Origin: Camelus ferus
Lineage: Eukaryota
Direction of reading: 5' to 3'
NCBI RefSeq assembly: GCF_009834535.1
Contig: NC_045698.1
Location: forward strand, 5,396,001-5,460,000
DNA: 64,000 nucleotides
Position numbers and translations under genes: made by a program. A model generated the notes under the pieces. That model saw nothing but the letters and a program-made list of their open reading frames with translations, was not told the origin of the DNA and made no database searches. Shown in pieces: positions 52,206 through 64,000 of this stretch (positions are counted from its first letter, which is position 1; each line of letters begins with the position of its first letter).

Positions 52206-52840
52206 AGCGTCGCCTTCACTTCGGCAAGAAGACTGTATTTTCAGGAAGCTACAATGCACTTTCTGACTGCGAGTCTGTCCCTCGTTTGTGATGTGCGTGC
52301 TCTGTTCTGTCCTCTGGAGCCTTTGCAGACTGCTCCCTGTCACCCGGTGGCGTACCGTTCGGTGTCTGATGTGTGCCAAGGTCTCTCTGCCACTTGCACT
52401 GTGCTTATTCCTAAGCAAGAGGGAAAGGAGTGTGCTTTCGGGGAGAAAAGCATTCAGAGAACTGAGACGAGAGGTGAAGCAAACACAAATTCTTAAGGCA
52501 ATAAAACTAGGGGGTGTATATTATCTTCCGGTGCATGTTCTTTTCTGGAAAATACGGTAGCTCGCCAACTGCATCTGCTAGTCTGATACTGAAACACACA
52601 GTATTTGTGAATAAGTTGATTCTGTCGCCCCACCTGGAATCCGTGTTCAGCCACGTGTCTCACTGCAGGGGCTGTCCACGGGCCCCGCTGGGATCCATGG
52701 CCCCGTCTCCTTGCCCTGTCCTGTCTCCTGCCAACAGCACGTCGCCATCCATCACCAGAATTAGTTCTTACAACCTAGGACTAGTTTTGTACCAAACGTG
52801 TCTGATGTTTTGATGCCATTGTCTTTTGTAAGGTTAATTC

Positions 52841-52846
52841 ATTAAA
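52841..52846 (+). terminator. Probable proximal poly(A) signal of ADCY2 (ATTAAA)
   Basis: ATTAAA about 640 nt after the stop, preceded by two TTTTGTA (UGUA) elements and followed by T/GT-rich sequence. An earlier AATAAA lies at 52500-52505. Confidence 0.6.
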
Positions 52847-53209
52847 AGTTTTATGTACTTTGCTGGATAGTCTGTATCTCCCCCCACCCCCGCCCCGTTC
52901 TGCTTTCTCCTGCAGTTTGCTCCAGAATTGAGTCGGTTTTCTGTTTACTCTTCTGTGTGGCCATTTCTCGCAGAAGGACCCCTCCAGAAGCAAAGACTGA
53001 GAAATCCTTGAGTAATTCAGATCAGGACGAAGTTTGTGATGCCGGTAACTGATCAGGCAGCTCCCTGGAAAGAAAGACGGCGTGTTTCAACGTGTCACGT
53101 GGTCTGTTTTCATTTCGGCGTCTCTAGGGAACATTTTCAGGGGAGAATATATTAATATAAAGAGATTCTCCACTAGCAACAGCACTCTCTCTGCCCACGT
53201 AGTCTGGTC

Positions 53210-53807
53210 TGTTGCGGTGATTAGATTCTTGTCTCATCGCAGAAAGAATTCAGAGGTGAAACACGGAGGTTAAGAAAGTAAAGTGAGGATTTATTAAGGG
53301 ATGGACAGTACACTCTCAAGGCGCGAGCGGGCAGGCGCAGGTGAGCAGCTGCGCTGGGTTTCTTTGGCAAGTTGGTTACATAGGGTGTGAAAATGAATGG
53401 GTGGAATATTCACTGGGGAAGGGAGGGGATTGGGGTCGTCTTCCATGATTTTCATCCCAACTCCAGCTTCCCCAGGGAAGGAGAGAGTTTTGTCCTTAGT
53501 CTGGATGGGAAGCGTCCTGGCGTCGGTGCACGATGGGTGCTTCTGACCTGCAAGGCTAAGCTTACTGAAGTGAGGGCACAACGAGCAAGAGGTCACATTC
53601 AGACACCAGAGATCCCTGCCCTTTCCCACCTTCGTCTGCCTCCAGGGCACTTGTCACCCCAAAATGTGTGATTTCTTATCAGCCCAGAGGTTCCTGCTTT
53701 GCTCTGTCTGCCCAGGGACCCCTGTTGTATACATGACGGATGGTTTCCTACATCTGGCCCGTGCCCCCCTTTCTCTGCTCACGCCTAGCTCTCTGCCTGC
53801 TCTAACA
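53210..53807 (-). mobile_element. Solo ERV LTR (ERV1-like), 598 bp, with a 4-bp TSD
   Basis: TGTT...AACA inverted termini, GGTC directly on both sides (53206-53209 and 53808-53811), and AATAAA on the - strand at 53290-53295, about 80 nt from the LTR 3' end. Confidence 0.8.
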
Positions 53808-54828
53808 GGTCTACTGTATACTTCGGTAGAGCTGGGGAACCAGGGGTAATTTGGAACTGAGTGTACATCAGCCACCACGATAGGGTGAACTAATGAGAGA
53901 AGCTGCCAAAGGCCCACGAGCGGCCTGCTGTGTCTGAGGATAGGAAGGCACAGAGCCAGTCTGTGCATTTTTGAAAAGAGAAAACCTGGAAAATGGTGTT
54001 CTTATAAATCCAGCACTGCAGGTTTGGTTTCTTTCTTCACATAAAGAAATCATACTTTGCTGAAGGCTGTAAACTAGAGCAGTCATGCATAAGCAGATGT
54101 TGAGAAGCAAGACTGCAAATGCCAGCCTGGTTGGGCAAACCGTTGCACAGGGCAGGCGTCCGTGAGTGGCAGAGGAGCCCACTGACCCCTTAGGGAGCAG
54201 CTGCAAACTTGAACTTGAGGTGGGATTCCTGACTCCGGTGTTTTACCAGCTGTGAGACTTTGAGCACATTTTTCAGTTTCTCTTAGGAGTATTTTCCTCA
54301 TGGGTAGCTCACGGCATCAGGTCTGATTAAAAGAGCTGATGACTGTGAGACAGCCTGGCAGGTCCCCAGGGCTAGCTCCTGCCAGCGCATCGCGGGACCA
54401 ACCCGGCCACCCCGCCAGCACTTTGGCTCATGCTCGGTCCGAAGTGCTTTATCCAAACTAACAATCAGCCTTCATTACCAAAGTGAGAATCCAGCGTGGC
54501 TTGTCCAATTCTCTGCCTCAGTTAGGAATTTCTGGATCTTATAATTGCAACTCAGCATTGGCTTTAACACATCTTAATTCTCTAAAAAGGTGACTGAGAG
54601 AAGAAAAACAGTGTAAGGATATTTCTTTTCACTGGAACCAAAATCTGGACTAGGATACCCTGAGTTTCAGTGACTTCAGTCTGCGCCATGTGGTTCTTCC
54701 TTCTTAGAGCCTACAGCACCCACCCCAGGGCTCTTTATCGGCACCTGCCCTTACAGGTAGACACCCGCAGATGGGTGATTCGCCAAGCGAATAATTCAGA
54801 GTCCACCTCGCAAAGGTCTGTGCGTACC

Positions 54829-55031
54829 CAGGTCTCTCAAAGTGAGGACCATGACTGGCAGCAGCAGCATCACCAGGAAGCTTGTTAGAAATGAACACTT
54901 TCAGGTGTGGTCAAACCCAGACCTGCCAAGTTGGGAATCCTGGTGGGGGCAGGGGCCCAGCACGCTGGCTGTGCTTTGCAGCACGAGTTCCTCAGGTGCT
55001 TGTAATTGCAGATCGAGCCTGAGACCCCCTG
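54829..55031. mobile_element. MER5A-like hAT MITE
   Basis: ctctcaaagtg...cagcagcatcaccaggaagcttgttagaaatg...ccagacct...tgagaccccctg. Confidence 0.7.
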
Positions 55032-55896
55032 CATTTTGCAAAAAAAGAAACAGGTGCAGGGAAGTCCAGGTTTCCCAGTTGATCAGTGACCGAGATGAGA
55101 CTAGAGAACTGCCTGTTCCCTGAAATCTGGAAGTGTGACTCCTGGTTAAGGCTTCCCAAGTTTTGGCAAATACAGACATTCCTATAAGCAAGTCATGCAA
55201 ATGTGAGGACTCGCCTATCCCGTCCATCAGCCCACTGTGCCGGGATGACACTGATAACAGGTAAGGATCTCTCCTCAAAACCTTCCTGAACCTCTGAGTC
55301 TTGCAGGAAGCATCCCCTCATAAAAAACGCGGCGAGTCCACTTCCTTTAACACTGCAGTTTAGAAAAGTCTGGGTTGTCAGGAACCTTCCGTGTTGTTCT
55401 TTTTCCCAGTTTAGTGAGCCTTCCCAAAGGCAACACTCTGCTTACAAAACAAAAAACAAAAAAAAACCACTGGCTGGTGGTGGAAATGTGAGAAATTAAT
55501 GTGATAAATTAAAACAAATTATTTTAATATGTTTCTCTTTGATATGATGCCTAACAGGCATTCAGCAATTTGGCTTTAACTCTCTTTAACATCTCATTTT
55601 CCCTTGCTGCCTAACAACTGTGAGAGCTTTGGAAACCTTGCCCAATTCAAGCCCTGCTTTTTAAAAGTAGTAGACGGTTAAGGGAGAAGGATCGGACTTA
55701 AAGTAACTGAAAATAAGTTAGTCTGACATCAGTTTATTGCAGCTACTTTCACATGAAGGCGTTTCTTAAAGATGCTTTGTCTTTCTTGGTAATCTAGAGC
55801 GAAGAAAGCAGTTTATAAAAATTTGCATAACCCAAACTTTATATATTTTCTATGATGTTATTATAGATATGGTTTAATGCACCTGAAGGCATTCCA

Positions 55897-55928
55897 AATA
55901 AACTGTTATTTGTTTGAAAAAAAATAAA
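55897..55928 (+). terminator. Probable distal poly(A) signals of ADCY2 (AATAAA x2)
   Basis: AATAAA at 55897-55902 and 55923-55928 in an AT-rich block, consistent with a long 3' UTR isoform. Confidence 0.5.
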
Positions 55929-56865
55929 ACAAGATATCTACAGTGAAAAAAAAATTTTTTAAGTATAAAAAAACATTTAGGAGTCACTCAGCCTTGAAAG
56001 TGCCAGGAACTCGGTGTCCTAAGTGCTTAGCGAATCAAAACAATAAAACGACCAATGGAGGAATCTGCATTGAAATTAATTAGGTCACCTGCTCATTAAC
56101 CTCTGAGCTATGGGAAATTTAATCATGACAGATGAGGGATAATTGCTTCCTAGAGATCCATTCATTAAAAAATATAACCAATATCTTAATACTTGAAAAA
56201 GTTTCAGATCATCTGAAAAGTAAACATTTCCAACTTTGGTTGAAAGCAGCAGCTGCTTCCTAAAAGAAAACTGTTCAAAGTAATGGTCACAACCCCTACT
56301 GTGCCTGCTCCGACCACACCCCAGGGGCGCCCTGATTCCCACACGGACTCTTGAAGGTTTGGAACGCCCGTGTTAAGTAAGACGAGGAAATGTGGGCTCA
56401 AGCTGGTGAAACCGTCTCCCTCCACCACGCGGCTAGAAAATGCAGGAGCCAGACTGTGACCCAAGTGTGTTCAGCACCAAAGCCTACTCTCTTCCCATGA
56501 CTGCTTCTCCACTGACAGAAGTGACAGTGGCATTGCTGGCCACCGAGGCCACCCGTCCTGCTAGGGCTCTTGTCCTCAGTTGTGCAGAACTGTTACCCGT
56601 GGCTCAGACCCCCGGCAGGGGAGGAAGGGTGAGGGGTGTTGTGGTGTCTAGAGCTCTGCTTTGCCAAAGGCACTTCCGTCATCTCTCCTCTTGAGTATTG
56701 TCTGTGTGATCAGACGGTGCCTGATGTACCTAGGGGTACATAACCCTTAAGGGAAAACTGCACACCTTTCCCATGAGAGCCTCTGCCAAGAAGACGCACG
56801 AACAAAGTGGAGAGGAGTGAACAAAAATCACCCCAACCACTGTCAAGGGGGAACAAAGGTTTCAT

Positions 56866-56871
56866 TTTATT
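56866..56871 (-). terminator. Probable poly(A) signal of CFAP90
   Basis: TTTATT on + (AATAAA on -), about 270 nt downstream of the CFAP90 stop codon. Confidence 0.6.
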
Positions 56872-57143
56872 CAGATGCTCACAGTGGGTCAGTCTCCAGC
56901 ATCATTTCATCTGAAATCTTTTCACAGGAAAACCGTCATCCTAGACGTTCATCCTAAGTATGGCAGGGCTTTGGGCAGGTTCGTCGCCAAGGAAACGGGA
57001 GGGAACGTGGTACTGCGCAGTCCCTGCCGCCGCCGTGGCGCATCAGGGGCGCCGGGCAGGCTCCGGGAGGTCCAGGAAGGCGCCGCCTCGCCCCTCCGGT
57101 GCCACCTCTCATGTCCGCGCGCCCTTCAGGCCACGGGAGGGTG

Positions 57144-57323
57144 TCAGGCTGGAGAAATGTGCCCGAAGCCGGGAGCCTTGATGCTGGGGATGTCATTCTT
57201 CCTGTAGAAGTCGGCCTTCACGTGGCTGGCGCGGCGGTGGTCCCGGTTCAGAGGCTCCACGGGCTGGTGGATGCGCTTCCCGTAGTCGGAAGACGTCAGC
57301 ACCCCCACCGGCCTCTCGCGCTC
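57144..57323 (-). CDS. CFAP90: Cilia- and flagella-associated protein 90 (C5orf49), last coding exon
   Basis: Minus strand reads ggacag|GAG CGC ... CCA GCC TGA, 180 nt. Translates [59 protein letters not shown], matching the recalled human C5orf49 C-terminus. C5orf49 is the known tail-to-tail neighbour of ADCY2. Confidence 0.93.
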   Translation of the reverse strand, partial: ERERPVGVLTSSDYGKRIHQPVEPLNRDHRRASHVKADFYRKNDIPSIKAPGFGHISPA

Positions 57324-58805
57324 CTGTCCGGGGGGAGCAGGGCACGCGGGTCAGGCTCACCTGCTCACGGGCGTTCCTGTGCGCCTGCGCCCTGCCTCTG
57401 CTCCGGGGCGCTCCATTCTGACCCCAGGGGACCTCTGCAGCCTCCTCCCACCCGCTCCCCTCTGCTCAGAGCCCTCCAGTGACCTCCCGTTGATCAGAGG
57501 AAAGGCTGAGATCTTGCATGGGGGCGCCAGGTACCCACTGACTTCAGGGTCATGTTCCTCCTCCCTCTCCTCCCTTCTCCCTGCACTTTGCCTGCCTGTC
57601 TTGTCCCACCTTCTTCCTTTTCCCAAATACACATCTTCCCAGCCCCCCACACCCCTTTCACCATTTCCCATCCTCTTAAAGGGCTGTAATTCTCCGCATA
57701 CCGCTTTTCACTACCTGGCATTTGGTTCATTATTTATTTGGCTTTTCTTTCTCTGTCTCCTCGTGGGAATGTCAGCTCTAGGAGCACAGACACTGTCTCA
57801 CTCCCTTTACACTCCCTGGCACATGGGAGGTGCTCAAAAACTGTGACTGGACAGAAGGAATGCCAGGCATGCGCTTATAAGGCAAAAGCACTGACTTCGC
57901 TACCAACTGGGAATGAATGAGCATAAACCAGAACAACAGAAAAAACTGTTAATGGCTATGACTTAAGTGGTGACCCCTCCTCGTGCCTCCACCACTTGCT
58001 TTCACATCAAGGTGAAAAGAGTCACTGGAAGTGACATGACGGCATTTTTAAACACTGAGCCACAGGCAAAACTCCTCTGAGCCAGAAAGAAATCCCAGCA
58101 GAAGCTTTTTCATTCTGATTTCAGTGTATCGTATAAAGATGTAATTCAGCACCCGAATTTTAATAAACATACTGTCCTCGGATCAGATTTTATGGAGACG
58201 ATGTCCTAGTGTATAAAGGCAGCAGGCAGGTCTAACCCAGCAGGCAGACGGACCTGACCGCCCCAAGGGGATGCCAACCTCCATCCCTCCAGCCCCCACC
58301 TGTGTGCCTGCTGTGAGCCTCACCTCCTCACCCTGTGAGTTTGGTTCCTTCCGTGGGTCACCACTCGCCCTGTGCAGCCGCCTACAAGCAGTGCCCTTCC
58401 TTCCAGAGGACCTGCACATAGGTGGTGGGTACAGGGACCTGGGAACTCGACTTGGGAGATAAACGCTGGCGTGCGTGGTTTCATCCCTGGAAGGCCAGTG
58501 TCCCTAGAACCATGATCGCCAGGTCTCAGAGGGTAAGCAAAGACCTGTTTTATCTGCTGAAAAGAACTTCTGAGTTTTTTGCTCTCATGAAATTGCTAAA
58601 TTCTCTAGGATGAAACCACAGAGTCACAAACATTAAAACCCAGTAACGTGGCGGGAGGGAGGGAGCTGTAGCAGCGCCTTAGTCTCCCTTCCCGGCAGCA
58701 CAGGAGAGAGGAGAACCGCGCAGGGGAGGCACGTGCAGCCGACTGAACAGTAAACAACCACACACAGCTAAGCCCCTAATATCCCTCGCTCCGTCTTCAT
58801 GTTAC

Positions 58806-58922
58806 CTCCTCGTTTACGTGAAGTCCCAGGCTTTTTGCGTGTTCTCTGTCATCTCGGTGCAATTTCTGATTATAACCTGGGTTCCTCTTAAAAACACAGT
58901 CATAGAGGGAAATGATTCCAGC
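58806..58922 (-). CDS. CFAP90: CFAP90 (C5orf49), internal coding exon 2
   Basis: Minus strand reads ttcccag|GCT GGA ATC ... GAG GAG|gtaac, 117 nt, phase 0. Translates [39 protein letters not shown]. Confidence 0.93.
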
Positions 58923-61900
58923 CTGGGAATAAGAAGAGAAAGAAAGCCATGCGTTTATTCAGGGGCTGAGCCACGGAGACTTCATGGGGTTTGAAAGCCC
59001 TAACTCCCTGATGGCAGCGGAGGGACCCGGGGTTCCCGGCTGCGCGGAGTGTGCACGGGCAGGTCACCCCGCGGGCAGACGCAGAGCGGGGAGGCCAGGC
59101 CCCAGCTTACTCAGCGGCGCCCACGGGGTGGGGGCGTGCCCACGGCACTTCTCCTCCACTTGTTACAGCCCCTCCTTCACGACTGGGCCCTCCCACTCCC
59201 CCGGACTCCATCCCAGGGCTCAGACCTGAAAATAATCATTATCCGCTCGACAGGTGTGCCTTCGCCCTCATTTCTCCTTTTCTTGAATTTCTCAGAATTT
59301 CCTACACTAAGCGTGTCCTGCTCTGAAAAACTAACACTACCTGCAGACGAGGACAACGCAACCAAACAGATGTTCTTCCTCTCTAGAGAGACGGAAATGT
59401 TTCCTTTGCTCAGTTATAACAAGTGTAATTCATGCATGTAAAGCATGTCTGTGCTGTGTGTGTACACACATACACGCGCGTGTGATATACACACAGGTAT
59501 AAGGTACACACGCACTGACGCAGCAGAAGATGACCCCGCTCACAGGGCTGCCGTCTGGAACACCTCCATTTTCTCACCGCCACGCTTCCTTACCACAGAC
59601 ATAAAGCGGCCTTACTCGCCGTCGAGTCAAAGGAAAAGCAGTCCCTGCGTCCGCTGATCTTTCGTCCTCCCCTCGGAAGTCAGGCCTGTTTACGTTCCTC
59701 CAGCGGCAAAGGCAGACGTGCCCTCCCACTGGGATGTGGGGTCCCGGGGCCTCTAACCTGTGCTTGCTTGGTTTTCTCCTCCTGAGTAGTAACAGTAATG
59801 CCAGAATGAGCCCCTCCAACCGCAGGCTGTGGAGGGCGAAGGTAAACGTGGAAAGGACGCAGGACCGGCGCGTAGTCTGTTGGAAAACACACCCACCCTT
59901 TGTCAGTGCGGGAACTCAGAGCTGCAGGCGGCAGGGGGGTGGCTGGCGGGTGACGCAGCCTCAGTCCGGACTTGGGAGATCACTCCCAGGTCATCTGTCC
60001 TGTGCAGGTCGCGCTGCTCCTGCTCAGAAGGTCTCAGGATAACTCAGACATGGCTGCTGTCCCGGTGACATTAACCATCTAGTCAGGGAAACGAGGCAGC
60101 TTTCAGAAACATTACTTGCAGGTTTCTAAGCAGTCCGGGGCACCACGCTCAAGGCACTTTACTCAGTGACGCTGGAATCCTGGTTTGCCTACGTTCCGAG
60201 TCACTCCAAGCAGCTTGGAGGCAGGAGCTGTGGCTTCCGAATCTGTGACCCTTGGCCATTTAATGAGTCACCTTGCAGGAGCTGCTTCTTGGCATCTCTT
60301 CTCTCCCAACCACTGAGCTCCTAGGTCTGTGCACACGTTGGCTTGGCCAGCGCTGACCTCTGCCCCTCCGGGTGGCAGCCTGCAGCGTAGCCCATGTACT
60401 CATAGGGTTAAAAAGCAAAGGCCCAAGTAAATGGAGAGGTGGTACATTATTCTGCTTTTGCAATCGTGAACATTGGCTAGCGGGGGGGGGGGGATAAAAA
60501 AAAACAGTTGTGTCTTCACGTCATACCATGGACAAAAGTAAAATCTGGATGGATGGATTAGAAAAACTGAAAACCCATAAGGGATGCCCTAAACATAAAA
60601 CTAACAGAGGAAACACCATAAAGAGAGTATGTAAAACTCAGCCCTTTGCTTATCAAATAAAGTTCAAACTTCGAAAAAACTTTAGGAAATGATCGAGAAA
60701 TCTCTGTATCTTTAACATACAGTGTGCAGGGCAACGACAGAAGCAGGAGCTGGGGGGTACTGGCTGGGTGCTTGCACCTAGCAGAGACAGATTAAGCAAA
60801 CCTTGCAGGAAGTCTGGGTCAGCCCAGGCCAGCGGGCCCTGCCGAGACACAACAGGAGCTCAAGGACACCAGCCACCCTGCCAGGACTGTGGGAGACATT
60901 CTTCAAAGGCGCATGCCTGCCTCCTGCAAGGGAGGTGCCCCAGTTCACACCTTCCCTTTGGGGTTCAGAGCCCCTGGCCACGCCCGGCCGAGGCCCGCAG
61001 GCAGACACGAAGAGTACCTTGATAGCCCCTCACCCCCACACCACCCCCACGTACACAGTAACTTAAGCTGGACTTTTGGTTGTCATCTAGACGTCACACT
61101 GGCATCCCCGCGGGCCGGGCTGCCCTGTGAAATGGGTGTGTTTCGGGGGAACAGGTGTAGTGGCAACAGAAGGACCTGGTTCCCTGGGACTGAGCACCTG
61201 GCTGGGAGCTGCCCTTGGGGCCAGCGGTACCCTCTCCTGCACCCTGAGAACCTCGGGCCAGAGAGGAGGGGAACTGCAGCCAGAGAGGTGGTGGAGGCGC
61301 CAGAAGGGGGCAGCACTGAGAGCCGGGGAAACGGGTCCTCCGGGAACTGCCTGGCTGGTGCTGCCTTCCTGTGCAGGTGTCCCATTCGTGCCTGGCCCTT
61401 CCGGACTGAGTAAGCCCCCTGGGATCCTTGGGCTTGTCTGGGGAGAAAAGACTAACGAGGGAGGAATGGACTCGAGAACAGAACGCGGACGCAACCACTG
61501 CTATCTGAGCGAGAAAGGAAGTCTTGCTTCGTTTTGCTCCCAGTGCTGGAGAAACCCACGGCGATGTGGAGCTTTACAGAATAATGTGGGGATTTTGCAT
61601 ATTCAGAAATTTTCAGAGGAAAAATGAATTTTTCTATCACTGAAAAACAAAAAAAAGAAAAAGAAAAACCCATCACCAGGCAGGCAGCCTCCCTTAGTAA
61701 CGTGACCGTCCATTTCCAATACCTAATCAAGCCGAAAATCTGTTTTTTTCCCTGGATTTTAATGATTAATTTTCCTTCTTTCTTGCTTTTTTATTCCTTT
61801 GCGGTTTGAAGCAAAGTGATATTAATAAAAGTCAATCTGGATGTGGAGGCTACCGCGACACAGGGCTTCCGGATTTGCTGGTATTTCGTTATTAAAATCT

Positions 61901-62444
61901 CTCAAGGGATCATGCTGTTTCCCAGGTGTCGCTGTTTTTTTAAAAAAAACAAAGCAAATCAGAGCCCCTTTATTTTTCCCTTGTGATCCTCCTTTATCCC
62001 CTATGTGTTGTTACAATGTGATATGGTCTCATTCTGGTTGTGGCCCGGTCTGATCACCTACCATCAGTTTCCCCGGGGGCAGCCTCCACTCCTAACACTG
62101 AAAAATCCCTCCAGTCTGCAGCCGTGGGCTGACATGGCGTGAGGCCCTCCGTTTTCAGCCTCCAAAGCATGTTGGGTATACGAGCCACTCTTTTAGGCTC
62201 TGGGACAGAAATAGGGAGCCCATACCTTATGGGGACCACTTAAAGGCTGAGAGTGGAAATAAACCCACTGAGTAAAACATTTCAACATAATGCCCAGGGA
62301 GTAACAGGTGTGCACAAAGCACAGTGGCACCAAGGGAGGGAGGTCAGCTCCTGGCTAGGCTGGGGTAGGAAGTGGACATGACCCATGTGCCCAGGAGGGA
62401 CCACACCAGTGAAACCAGAGGCCCCAGGGAGGATGCTCCCTGCG

Positions 62445-62841
62445 TGTTACGGGTGGAACTGCATCTTCCAAAAATTCGTATGTTGAAGTCCTAACCCCTC
62501 ATACCTCAGAACATGACCTTATCTGGAAATCAGACTACTGGAGATGTAATTAGTTGAGGTCAGACTGGGGTAGGGTGGACCCCAGATCCAATAAGACTAG
62601 TGTCCTTTAAAAAAAATTCGACACAAACACAAATAGGCAGAAAGGGAAGGTGCCATGAAGAGACACAGGGAGGAGACGGCCATCTGCAAGGCAGGGAACG
62701 GATGCTCCCTCTAGCCCTAGGAAACAAGCAGCCCACCTGCACCTTGATTTCAGATGTTTAGCCCCCAGAAACTGAGATGATAAACTTCTGCTGTTTAATC
62801 TGCCAGGTTTGTGGTACTGTGTTACAGCTCTAACAGATGCA
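62445..62841 (+). mobile_element. MLT1B-type MaLR solo LTR
   Basis: tgttacgggtggaactg...tatgttgaagtcctaacccc...ggccatctgcaag...caccttgatttcaga...tttgtggtactgtgttacagc. Confidence 0.85.
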
Positions 62842-63029
62842 CGTGGTAAGGAGAAGGAGCCACCTCTTGAACTGTGGAAAATAAAAGTGGAAATAAAACA
62901 AAGGTCACTGCAGGGGCGCCAGAGACCCAACCACGGCACACGCTGCTCCAGGTAAACCCAGCTGGTAGACCAGCTGGTCTGGTCAAGGTCACCAGTGTTT
63001 GGTCTCCTCTGCTGACTACATAAGAGGAT

Positions 63030-63322
63030 TAATCTCGCCTCCTATTTGGATAGTGAAGCCATGTATCAGTTCTAACCAATGAACTGTGAGTGGAGGTGAC
63101 AGGTGACTTTTTGGTCTGAAGCATTTAAGAGCTGGTGCCAGGGACTCCCAGAGCTTCAAACTGAGATGCCAGCAGCTTCTATGAGGGACTGTCCTGGCTG
63201 AGGGCCATTCTGATCCCTGTTGGACACTCACTCAGCATGAGAAACAAGCCTTGTTTTAGGCCACTGAGACTTTGGGGATTGTTTGTTACTGCAGAATAAC
63301 CTAGCTTATCAAGACTGATGCA
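63030..63322 (+). mobile_element. Old MLT1 (J/I-like) LTR
   Basis: gttctaaccaatgaactgtgagtggaggtgac...agcatttaagagctggtg...gccactgagactttggggattgtttgttactgcag...actgatgca. Confidence 0.65.
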
Positions 63323-63654
63323 AGTGGATAAACAAGGAAGAAATACTGGCTACCATGTCCAGTCCACGGCGGGCCAGGGCGAGCATCTCTGGGGCTGTGG
63401 GCTTTAATATACCCAGAGCCTCTTCCCAGCTTTGGAAATGCTCCTCCTCCCAGAAGTTACACAAACTCTCACACAAATAGTTGGGGTAAGATGTTGTACA
63501 AACTGAGATCCAAGTCCTTTATTTTTTCCTCCATTTCAAACCATTTTGAATATAAATACACTGTTGTAAGTTTGAAGCAGACAAACGCTGCAAGGAAGAA
63601 ATAAGAGAAAAGAAATGTATGCGCTTTTCCATGGTGATTGCAGAGAGGGTTATA

Positions 63655-64000
63655 CTAAGTGCTCACCAAACACATTTCCTCTTCCAAAACAAATAGTTTC
63701 CATCACAGTTAAGCTGGGGCCAGGTGCCAGCTCTGGCCAGGGAATGTGGGTAAAACCAGTGGATACCACCTTCTAGGCCTGGTTCATAAGAAACTCTCCC
63801 ATTGGCCTCCATATTCTTTCCCTTGCTCGTTTGCCAGCAAATTAAAGGAGCCAGGGAAGGACCGCCAAGTCCCAAAGATTCTCAGGCCCCGGCAATAATG
63901 GAGCCAGTTTCCCAAGTGACTGCATTGAGAGGTGCTGCCCAAGAGAGACCCACATGTTGGGCTATATTTCATGACAGTATGTTTGTGTGCATAAGGCCAG
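63655..64000 (+). mobile_element. Old MLT1-type LTR fragment
   Basis: cagttaagctggggccaggtgccagctctggcc...accaccttctaggcctgg. Confidence 0.5.

Noticed and set aside
59000..64000. CFAP90 exon 1 or promoter
   Set aside because: I found no minus-strand match to the recalled N-terminal SAFSYIPPRR-like peptide. Exon 1 probably lies beyond the window.
1..64000. Prokaryote-style systems (CRISPR arrays, operons, defence islands)
   Set aside because: The sequence is a mammalian intron-exon locus. I saw no regularly spaced repeat-spacer array and no dense coding region.

Overview
This is mammalian genomic DNA, very probably from a camelid (alpaca, llama or camel), because it carries five Vic-1-type tRNA-Ala-derived SINEs. 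The + strand holds the last eight coding exons of adenylate cyclase type 2 (ADCY2): the end of the second membrane cluster and the whole C2 catalytic domain. All have GT-AG boundaries, phases are consistent, and the stop is at 52203-52205. The 3' UTR region has proximal and distal poly(A) signals. The last two coding exons of CFAP90 (C5orf49) lie convergently on the - strand; its exon 1 is outside the window. The rest is intronic or intergenic DNA with L1, L2, MIR, MaLR/ERV LTRs, hAT MITEs and simple repeats. Almost all ORFs in the supplied track are spurious. I found no convincing new multi-gene system. The most notable oddities are (1) a 91-bp, ~90%-identical inverted duplication in ADCY2 intron 23, (2) a 598-bp solo ERV1-like LTR with a perfect 4-bp target-site duplication (TSD) between the ADCY2 poly(A) signals, and (3) an L1 that seems to keep both ends but has two internal deletions. 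Exon numbers and repeat family names come from recall of human ADCY2 and of repeat consensus sequences, not from a search. Repeat boundaries are approximate unless stated otherwise.
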